Shown one piece after another: positions 57,205-64,000 of a DNA stretch of 64,000 nt (its first letter is position 1; every line of letters begins with the position of its first letter). Under the pieces are notes generated by a model. That model saw only the letters and a program-made list of their open reading frames with translations. It was not told the origin of the DNA and did no database searches. The translations under genes and the position numbers were made by a program. The stretch is taken from sequence record NC_021529.2; one strand, written 5' to 3'.

Positions 57205-57480
57205 ATGATTGAAGTGAACATCGATGACTTGCTGAAAAACGGCAAAGTCACATTTGAATTTGAAAAAGCAGATGGTTCTGTTAAGACTGTAACTGGTACT
57301 CGCAATCTTGACTTCATCCCTGCTGAGTTTCATCCGAAAGACAAGCCTTTAGCTGAAGGCGAAGCGCCGAAAGAAAAGACTGAAAAGCAGAAAGCTACTT
57401 GTGGCTACTTCGACTTAGAAGCTAACGGCTGGCGCTCGTTCAAGCGTGCTAATCTTCGTGAAGTGAAATCGTTTGTATAA
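57205..57480 (+). CDS. Small beta-barrel protein (WYL/SH3-like, common in T4-like phages)
   Basis: FEFEKADGS.KTVTGTR...YFDLEANGWRSF. Confidence 0.6.
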   Translation: MIEVNIDDLLKNGKVTFEFEKADGSVKTVTGTRNLDFIPAEFHPKDKPLAEGEAPKEKTEKQKATCGYFDLEANGWRSFKRANLREVKSFV

Positions 57481-57682
57481 CGATCCTTTTGCTGAGCTAT
57501 TGCGCGTCGGACAGTGGATTGTTCACAAGAAGACGGGCAATGTGTATACAGTAATGGGTAAAGGCAAACTCAAGTTCGACGGTAAATGGTACGATGCTGT
57601 CACTTACTCGAACGAACTAGGCGACGTATACACAAGAACATACGACGACTTCCGCGGGTTTGAACTAAATTGTCCGCACTGA
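57473..57682 (+). CDS. DUF1653-like protein
   Basis: HKKTGNVYTV...VTYS....VYTR. Confidence 0.55.
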   Translation: MYNDPFAELLRVGQWIVHKKTGNVYTVMGKGKLKFDGKWYDAVTYSNELGDVYTRTYDDFRGFELNCPH

Positions 57683-57776
57683 GAGACATGTCGCAGTGCG
57701 CTGATAAAACAGCGATCAACAAATAGGAGTGATGGGTCCTAACTCATCGTTTATCAACTTTCGTGAGACATAGATA

Positions 57777-57983
57777 ATGGCTACAGACAAAGAATTACTC
57801 GATGACGTAAACAATTACTGGATTGGTTGGGATCAACGTGGTCCCGAGAGTCGTGATTACGACATCGAACATGGTAATATGCGCAAGAAATGTCGTGAGT
57901 TTGAAGAACGTAAGAAAGAAACAGACGCACGAATTGCAGCATTTGAAGAAGCACGAAACAAATATAAAAGGCAAGAACAATGA
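57777..57983 (+). CDS. Hypothetical protein
   Basis: Operon packing. Confidence 0.6.
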   Translation: MATDKELLDDVNNYWIGWDQRGPESRDYDIEHGNMRKKCREFEERKKETDARIAAFEEARNKYKRQEQ

Positions 57984-58312
57984 CACTTAAAGCATACGCA
58001 CTAGGCGAACAAATCATCATCGACACTAAAGCGATCAAAGAAGGCGAAGAAATCAAATCTAGTGGCGGCATCGTTCTTGGACGAGCTACACAAGGTGAAG
58101 TTCCGCTATTCGGCATTGTGATTTCTGTCGGGGAAGACGTGGATCAAGACGTTATCCAAGTCGGTGACAAAGTTCTGTTGCCTCAAGGCAATATCAAAAA
58201 CGTACCTGACCCTCGTATTATCTCAGGTGAAATGAAACAAGATGACGCAGATCGCGCACTGTGGGTTCACACTCACTACAAAAACGTAGCTGCTGTTTAT
58301 CGTGAGGAATAA
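57980..58312 (+). CDS. 31: GroES-like co-chaperonin
   Basis: ALGEQII...SSGGIVLG...GIVISVGE..VGDKVLLP. Confidence 0.92.
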   Translation: MTLKAYALGEQIIIDTKAIKEGEEIKSSGGIVLGRATQGEVPLFGIVISVGEDVDQDVIQVGDKVLLPQGNIKNVPDPRIISGEMKQDDADRALWVHTHYKNVAAVYREE

Positions 58313-58316
58313 GTCA

Positions 58317-58706
58317 ATGAATGACAATTTGCGAATGATTGAAGTGTCTGCTGTAGGTTACTACAGCAACGCTACTGCTGCACACACATGCTGGGTGACT
58401 GAAGAGTTCGTCGAGAAGTACAAAGACGACATCAAAGCATTTGATTTTTACTTCAGCGACCTAGATGGTAAGCATTCTGAAACACATGCAGAAGTGAACA
58501 TTCTTGAACATTCGAAAGAAATGGCACTGGCATGGAGCGAGTCTCAAGGTGAGTGTTGGTCAATCACCGAATGCATGTTTGATGAGTTCGAATTCGATTC
58601 TGCTGACATTGAAGAAATGATCTCGTTGAACGAAGACATGAACAACACGATTGAAGTCAAGACACAAACGATCATCACAATCGGTACTGAAACTATCGTT
58701 GTATAA
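58317..58706 (+). CDS. Hypothetical acidic protein
   Basis: GAGGA RBS. Confidence 0.65.
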   Translation: MNDNLRMIEVSAVGYYSNATAAHTCWVTEEFVEKYKDDIKAFDFYFSDLDGKHSETHAEVNILEHSKEMALAWSESQGECWSITECMFDEFEFDSADIEEMISLNEDMNNTIEVKTQTIITIGTETIVV

Positions 58707-58736
58707 AAGAAAAGGGAGCATATTGCTCCCTTTTTT
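58706..58736. terminator. Bidirectional terminator
   Basis: A-run GGGAGC-ATATT-GCTCCC T6; near-identical to 14036-14065. Confidence 0.85.
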
Positions 58737-59241
58737 ATTCCTCTTCCTCATAACCATACTTGTTGCTTCTGAAGTCACAACGTGGGTTATTCAAGAAACT
58801 CTTTCTGTAAATCTTCTCTAAATCGCTCTTCTTAGCACCATCTGGGTATTTCAACCCAAGACTATCTAGATGATCTTTCTGCTCTTGAAGCTTCAATCGA
58901 CTGAATATCTTCGTTTGGTCTTTTGGGTGCTGTGGGTGATAGTCATTATCTGAATAATCAGCACTTAGATACTCAACTAGATTGGTAAGCCACTCAAGAT
59001 AATCGATACCTTTACCTTTCAGACCGCTTCGCGTGAACTTATGAATCAAAACACCCTCGTATGTATTGCACGCTCGGCACAGTACACCGCGTATATGCCC
59101 TGATTCGTGGTCGTGGTCAGTATGTGGTGTGCTTTTCTCTTCGCTTAGCTTCGTACCGCACAGAACGCATTTATCAAGCTGACTCATGATTAATTCATTA
59201 CGACATTCGGTAAGGTCTGATTGTTTTAATTGTTTGCTCAT
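58735..59241 (-). CDS. 49: Endonuclease VII (Holliday junction resolvase)
   Basis: CVLCG, DHDH, RGVLCRACN..EG, HPQH. Confidence 0.93.
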   Translation of the reverse strand: MSKQLKQSDLTECRNELIMSQLDKCVLCGTKLSEEKSTPHTDHDHESGHIRGVLCRACNTYEGVLIHKFTRSGLKGKGIDYLEWLTNLVEYLSADYSDNDYHPQHPKDQTKIFSRLKLQEQKDHLDSLGLKYPDGAKKSDLEKIYRKSFLNNPRCDFRSNKYGYEEEE

Positions 59242-59317
59242 CTTTTTCTCAAAAAGTTATTGACTATGCTATTGTTTATATGTACAATACGAAAGAAATT
59301 TCTAATAAGGAAATAAC

Positions 59318-59572
59318 ATGAACGCAAGACAATTAAGAAAACGACTTGAAGATCTAGCAATATGTGAGTTCAGTTCAGTTGAAGTTCGATACTTCGAAAG
59401 CGGAGCTGAATCGTATAAGTCGAAAGACTTTAAGTTTGAAGTAAATCCAGACGTGTCAATTGTATTGATGTCTGACTCTGAAGGTCGTGTTGCATACACC
59501 GATTCAGAGATTGAAAATGTAATCGCGGGTCTAGAAAAAGACGCGCATGTTGAAAGATTTTTAGGCATTTAA
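59318..59572 (+). CDS. Hypothetical protein
   Basis: AAGGA RBS. Confidence 0.65.
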   Translation: MNARQLRKRLEDLAICEFSSVEVRYFESGAESYKSKDFKFEVNPDVSIVLMSDSEGRVAYTDSEIENVIAGLEKDAHVERFLGI

Positions 59573-59581
59573 GGGAAAATT

Positions 59582-60565
59582 ATGAGCTTTGTGAAATACA
59601 CATCATTAGAAAACAGCTACCGTCAAGCATTCGTAGACAAATGCGACATGCTTGGCGTTCGTGATTGGGTCGCACTTGAGAAGATTCACGGTGCGAACTT
59701 CAGCTTCATCGTCGAATTCGACGGTGGGTACACTGTAACGCCCGCTAAGCGTACTTCTATCATCGGCGCTACTGCTACTGGAGATTACGACTTCTACGGC
59801 TGTACGAGCGTTGTAGAAGCTCACAAAGAGAAAGTAGAATTAGTCGCAAATTTCTTGTGGTTGAATGAGTACATCAATTTGTATGAGCCGATCATCATCT
59901 ACGGTGAGCTTGCAGGTAAAGGCATTCAGAAAGAAGTCAACTACGGTGACAAAGATTTCTGGGCGTTTGACATCTTCTTACCACAACGTGAAGAGTTCGT
60001 CGATTGGGATACGTGTGTTGCAGCATTCACAAACGCTGAGATCAAATACACGAAAGAACTTGCTCGTGGTACACTCGATGAGTTGCTTCGCATCGATCCT
60101 CTATTTAAGAGCTTACACACGCCAGCAGAGCACGAAGGCGATAACGTAGCAGAAGGGTTCGTTGTTAAGCAATTGCACTCTGAGAAACGCTTACAGAGCG
60201 GCTCACGTGCGATCTTGAAGGTCAAGAACGAGAAGTTCAAAGAGAAAAAGAAAAAAGAAGGTAAAACGCCGACTAAACTTGTTCTCACTCCTGAGCAAGA
60301 GAAGCTTCACGCTGAGTTTAGCTGCTACTTGACAGAAAACCGTTTGAAAAACGTACTAAGTAAGTTAGGTACTGTGAATCAGAAACAGTTTGGCATGATT
60401 AGCGGTCTATTTGTCAAAGACGCCAAAGATGAGTTTGAGCGTGACGAACTCAACGAAGTAGCGATTGATCGTGACGACTGGAACGCAATCAGACGTTCAT
60501 TAACGAATATCGCCAACGAAATCTTACGCAAGAATTGGTTGAATATTCTCGATGGGAACTTCTAA
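59582..60565 (+). CDS. rnlB: RNA ligase 2
   Basis: EKIHGANFS, KRT, YGELAG, AFDI, EGFVVK, ILKVKNEKF. Confidence 0.96.
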   Translation: MSFVKYTSLENSYRQAFVDKCDMLGVRDWVALEKIHGANFSFIVEFDGGYTVTPAKRTSIIGATATGDYDFYGCTSVVEAHKEKVELVANFLWLNEYINLYEPIIIYGELAGKGIQKEVNYGDKDFWAFDIFLPQREEFVDWDTCVAAFTNAEIKYTKELARGTLDELLRIDPLFKSLHTPAEHEGDNVAEGFVVKQLHSEKRLQSGSRAILKVKNEKFKEKKKKEGKTPTKLVLTPEQEKLHAEFSCYLTENRLKNVLSKLGTVNQKQFGMISGLFVKDAKDEFERDELNEVAIDRDDWNAIRRSLTNIANEILRKNWLNILDGNF

Positions 60566-60568
60566 TAA

Positions 60569-60763
60569 TTGAAAAAACGTGCTTGGTTCTTTGTTTTTTG
60601 TGGGATTGGGGCAATAAGCTACTTCGGTGGCTTATTCGTCGCGTCATTACTCATATTCGAATCTGTTGAAGCATCTATATTATTCATCATTCTAGTGTTT
60701 TTAGCTCTATTAAATACAGTCAGAGCAGGCATCGAAGATGATGAGAACAACAAAGCTCCTTAG
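60569..60763 (+). CDS. Hypothetical membrane protein
   Basis: Two TM-like segments. Confidence 0.55.
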   Translation: MKKRAWFFVFCGIGAISYFGGLFVASLLIFESVEASILFIILVFLALLNTVRAGIEDDENNKAP

Positions 60764-60778
60764 GGAGCTTTTTTATAG

Positions 60779-61327
60779 GTGAATGAAATGGCATTTTTGA
60801 AGAAAGAGAAAGACACAAAAGACATCACAGAAGCAGATATGCAGTACGCAATAGCAGTACAAAGCGTATGGATTCATAAACGCTATACAGCAGTAGTGCC
60901 TAACTGCTATACTAAATGGGATAACGAAGCAGACTTATTTGCTATTAGACCAAGTGGGTTGTGTGATGAGATTGAAATCAAGGTGTCTAAAGCTGACTTT
61001 CGAATCGATGAACAAAAGTCTGTTAAAGTGATTGACGAAAGTACACCGAATCTGCGTTGGCATCGTTATGAAGACGTTCCAAAACGCACAGCATTGCAAG
61101 ATGGAAAGATGAGCAACTACTTTTGGTATGCATTCCCTAAAGGGCTTGTAGACCATGCTGAAGTCCCAGAATGGGCAGGTATAATCGAAGTCGATGGGTT
61201 CTTAAATGCCAGAGAAGTTCGAATGCCAAAACGACTGCACGGTGGTAAGATGACACTCGAAGAGCAGTTAAAACAAATCAAGAAGCTGGGTTACCGTTTT
61301 TGGAATCTAGTTAAAAAGAACCGATAA
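60779..61327 (+). CDS. PD-(D/E)xK nuclease-fold protein (MmcB-like)
   Basis: EADLFAI...EIEIKVSKADF..D, NYFWYAFP, WAGII. Confidence 0.75.
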   Translation: MNEMAFLKKEKDTKDITEADMQYAIAVQSVWIHKRYTAVVPNCYTKWDNEADLFAIRPSGLCDEIEIKVSKADFRIDEQKSVKVIDESTPNLRWHRYEDVPKRTALQDGKMSNYFWYAFPKGLVDHAEVPEWAGIIEVDGFLNAREVRMPKRLHGGKMTLEEQLKQIKKLGYRFWNLVKKNR

Positions 61328-61339
61328 CAAGGAATAACA

Positions 61340-61648
61340 ATGAAAACTTTCAATGAATTTTTAGCTGAAGCTCAACACATGTATGAGCTACCACCTGGGT
61401 ATGAAGTATTCGGTCTAGTAGATGTAGATGGGAAAGAGGTTGAACTCCATTCAGACGATGTGATGCGTGACGAATTAACAAGAGTTGCAAACGCACGTAA
61501 CGTAGCTATTGCAACTGGTGGTGTTTCTTCAGAAGAAGCAGGTGTATTAATCACCAAAGGCGGTAAAGAAGTTGATTACTTCCCGCATGAAGATAAAGCA
61601 AGTGGTCCACGCTTTAAAAACTTCGTGAAACGTCACTTCAAGGTCTAA
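61340..61648 (+). CDS. Putative internal head protein
   Basis: MKTFNEFLAE/ closely matches the T4 IP capsid-targeting sequence MKTYQEFIAE. Confidence 0.7.
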   Translation: MKTFNEFLAEAQHMYELPPGYEVFGLVDVDGKEVELHSDDVMRDELTRVANARNVAIATGGVSSEEAGVLITKGGKEVDYFPHEDKASGPRFKNFVKRHFKV

Positions 61649-61662
61649 TCAGAAACGGATAA

Positions 61663-61738
61663 GGCGGAAAAATTCCGTCTCATCTTAGTAGTATTAGTAG
61701 TTTTAGTGAAGTTAGAGATATTAGAAGTATTAGGAGAT
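61663..61738. repeat. Hairpin plus six phased 9-bp TTAG repeats, copy 2
   Basis: GGCGGAA-AAA-TTCCGTC; TTAG at 61685, 61694, 61703, 61712, 61721, 61730. Confidence 0.9.
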
Positions 61739-61821
61739 TGAAAATAACTTGAAAAAGTTGTTGACAGTCTCCTTTTTGATCATACTATACAGTTATCGAA
61801 ACAAACTATTGAGTGAAGATT

Positions 61822-62346
61822 ATGAACTTGCGTGAACGTGAAGAAGAGCTAAAAGCACTATCAGTACATCCAGATGACGTTGAAATTGCTGTCACTGTAT
61901 CGTGTGCTGGTATGAGCAATCACTACACTGTCTGTCCTTTCGAGTTCAAAGACTTTTTAGACGAACATGAAGGTACATCCTATATAGCATTTGAATGGCA
62001 CAATTTCCCAAATGATTTGCAAGACGAAGAACTAGACTTCGATGAGTTAGATGCATTGTTCAGCCTCGAAGATAGTCAGCGTGAAATCTGCGAACTGTTA
62101 TACGATAATAGAGTTTGTATGTCTTATGAAGACGCTGCTGAGAAAGTCGAAGACTGTTGGGTGTTCGAAGGCACGAAAGAAGAATACGCAGAGCATGTAA
62201 CATCAGAGCTAATGGGAATTCGAAGTGAAGATATCCCTGCAATCTTACGCAGCAACATCAATTGGGGTGATGTATTCATCGATTTAGATGCTGACGGTAG
62301 CATCTTTGAATTATCACGAAACAGATACTTAACAGTGAATCAATAA
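61822..62346 (+). CDS. ArdA-like antirestriction protein
   Basis: Highly acidic; EEYAEHVTSELMG...IPAILRSNINWGDVFIDL resembles the ArdA C-terminal domain. Confidence 0.65.
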   Translation: MNLREREEELKALSVHPDDVEIAVTVSCAGMSNHYTVCPFEFKDFLDEHEGTSYIAFEWHNFPNDLQDEELDFDELDALFSLEDSQREICELLYDNRVCMSYEDAAEKVEDCWVFEGTKEEYAEHVTSELMGIRSEDIPAILRSNINWGDVFIDLDADGSIFELSRNRYLTVNQ

Positions 62347-62347
62347 T

Positions 62348-62920
62348 ATGAGTAGTACTAAAGGTAACGTCAACAAAGACGATTACTATGCTACACCATC
62401 TTGGATTGTTGAAGAGTTTCTACGCGAGTTTGAAGCTCGTATTCAACTCGATATGAGCATGGCAGAAATGTACGTGCTCGATCCATCGTGTGGTGGCTGT
62501 TCAGAACATGAAGCAGCGTATCCAGTAGCATACAAGAAAATGTATGGTGTTGACATCGACACGATGGATATTCGTGAAGATAGTCACGCTAATCTAATAG
62601 CGAATTATCTAGAAACAGATATCCCGGTCAAGTATTATGACATGATAATGACGAATCCGCCATTCAGCTTGTCTGTTGACTTTGCTGAGAAAGCACTTGC
62701 TGAGGTGAAATATGGTGGTTATGTTGTGATGTTGCAGCGTCTGAATTGGCTTGGTAGCATTAAGCGCAAACCGTTCTGGGACAAGATGCCATTAAAAGCT
62801 GTGCTTGTGCATCATCGCCGTCCGTCGTTTCACGGTACAAAAGGTACAGACTCGATTGAGTATGCTCATTTTGTGTTTCAGAAAGGGTACAATCAGTCTG
62901 CTAAATTGGTGGTGATATGA
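62348..62920 (+). CDS. DNA amino-methyltransferase (N6-A/N4-C type)
   Basis: DYYATP, VLDPSCGG, TNPPF. Confidence 0.9.
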   Translation: MSSTKGNVNKDDYYATPSWIVEEFLREFEARIQLDMSMAEMYVLDPSCGGCSEHEAAYPVAYKKMYGVDIDTMDIREDSHANLIANYLETDIPVKYYDMIMTNPPFSLSVDFAEKALAEVKYGGYVVMLQRLNWLGSIKRKPFWDKMPLKAVLVHHRRPSFHGTKGTDSIEYAHFVFQKGYNQSAKLVVI

Positions 62921-63129
62921 TTACTAAAGTTGACATATTTGACGGATGGCTTGATGTATTTGATGAACCACAACAAAACAAAATCGTTGATGGTACTACG
63001 TATTACAGATTATTTGGGTTTGTTTTGTTCAAACGCAACCGTAAGTTTGAAGTTGCAACACACAACTATAACATACATCTGTCGCCTGAGTGGCATCTAT
63101 ACATGTGGAGAGTAACACGTGTCATTTAA
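62917..63129 (+). CDS. Hypothetical protein
   Basis: ATGA overlap. Confidence 0.55.
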   Translation: MITKVDIFDGWLDVFDEPQQNKIVDGTTYYRLFGFVLFKRNRKFEVATHNYNIHLSPEWHLYMWRVTRVI

Positions 63130-63154
63130 AAACATGAGAAAAATAAGGGAATAC

Positions 63155-63517
63155 ATGTCAAATTTCAAAGCAAATCTAGTAGGTCGCGGCACAATCGAAG
63201 TCAATGGTAAAAAATACCAAGGTACGAGCGTGACTGTGAAGAACGGCAAAGTCATCGTTGATGGTCGTCTGCAAGAAGATGTGTCTGATTGTCAAACTGT
63301 GACTGTTAACATCGAAGGCAGTGCAACGCTTGTACAAAACGAAAACGGCAATGTTACTATTGGCGGTGAAGTGAAAGGCGATGTTAAGACAACTAATGGC
63401 GATATTCATTGCTTGAACGTTCATGGTAATGTTAAGACAACCAACGGTGATATCGATTGTTACGATGTTGCTGGTGATGTTGAAACTGTTAATGGAGATA
63501 TTAGTCGAAAATGGTAA
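63155..63517 (+). CDS. Beta-repeat protein (DUF4097-like)
   Basis: Repeated G(D/N)VKTTNGDI units. Confidence 0.7.
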   Translation: MSNFKANLVGRGTIEVNGKKYQGTSVTVKNGKVIVDGRLQEDVSDCQTVTVNIEGSATLVQNENGNVTIGGEVKGDVKTTNGDIHCLNVHGNVKTTNGDIDCYDVAGDVETVNGDISRKW

Positions 63518-63804
63518 AACAAACAGATTTCTTTGGTCGTGATATCAAAGACGGTGATTTCATCTTGCGTGCTAAAAACGCAGGTCGTTCTTATACTATG
63601 GAAGTGTTGCTAATCGTTGATGTTTCAGATGGTAAGCGAAAATACATCAGCGTATCTCGAACGTATGCTCATACTGGCGCACGTCTACCGTGTGGTAGTT
63701 CAGCGACAATCGTCGAGCCAGAGCTAGTCGAGGCGCAATACCCAGATGGGTTCAAGCAAGCATTGCAACTCGCAAAAGAGCTTAAAACTCCAATGTTGAA
63801 ATAA
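63511..63804 (+). CDS. Hypothetical protein
   Basis: TDFFGRDIKDGDFI motif, operon packing. Confidence 0.65.
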   Translation: MVKQTDFFGRDIKDGDFILRAKNAGRSYTMEVLLIVDVSDGKRKYISVSRTYAHTGARLPCGSSATIVEPELVEAQYPDGFKQALQLAKELKTPMLK

Positions 63805-64000
63805 CTTGACACATGTTGTCAGTCGTGTATAATTCTCTTAAAACGGGAGAATACTATGATTGACAACATGATAAAAGACATGATTGAGTCTGAATTTGCA
63901 GTAGAAGACATCATTGACTGTCTAGTAAACCAGTACCAAATGCCTCACGATGAAGCGTTCGACGCATATCAAGAGGTGCTTAACGAAATGTGAGAAATAC

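Noticed and set aside
57724-57748. Possible H-type pseudoknot or preQ1 riboswitch (TAGGA/TCCTA with GATG/CATC) near the que cluster
   Set aside because: The loop crossing stem 1 is only 1-3 nt, there is no preQ1 aptamer consensus, and it lies downstream of the cluster rather than upstream
1-64000. tRNA, rRNA, integrase or IS elements
   Set aside because: No T-loop/cloverleaf motifs, rRNA or recombinase/transposase signatures seen by eye; a tRNAscan or Infernal run would be decisive

Overview
A gene-dense 64 kb segment of a large T4-like myovirus genome. Gene content and order (850-aa gp43, short gp24, Sir2, 7-deazaguanine cluster) best fit a KVP40/nt-1-type Vibrio phage; this is inference, no database search was run. 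Recognisable T4 core genes: td (partial), gp39+60, gp30, alt, nrdC-type glutaredoxin, gp24, gp55, gp47, gp46, gp45, gp44, gp62, regA, gp43, rnlA, spanins, pseT, gp31, gp49, rnlB. These are interspersed with many small unknown ORFs. Accessory highlights: (1) a 7-deazaguanine DNA-modification cluster (QueD-like, ArcS/DUF5591-like, FolE, DpdA/TGT-like, QueC, stand-alone Gat); (2) about eight dispersed proteins with T4 internal-protein-like N-termini (capsid-targeting sequence plus L/I-x-E cleavage site), several behind late promoters, including a SAM methyltransferase, a zincin peptidase, Alt and an acidic HEAT-like repeat protein, which suggests a virion-injected effector set; (3) two copies, 44 kb apart, of a non-coding hairpin plus six exactly phased 9-bp TTAG repeats; (4) repeated terminator-promoter-RBS cassettes and a second GTTTAA-N17/18-TATAAT promoter class; (5) counter-defence candidates (NADAR, macrodomain, Sir2, MazG-like, ArdA-like, Lar-like, DNA MTase, RNA repair enzymes); (6) a signal-peptide HExxH protein. 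No tRNA, rRNA or CRISPR array was seen. Homology calls come from motif recognition by eye.
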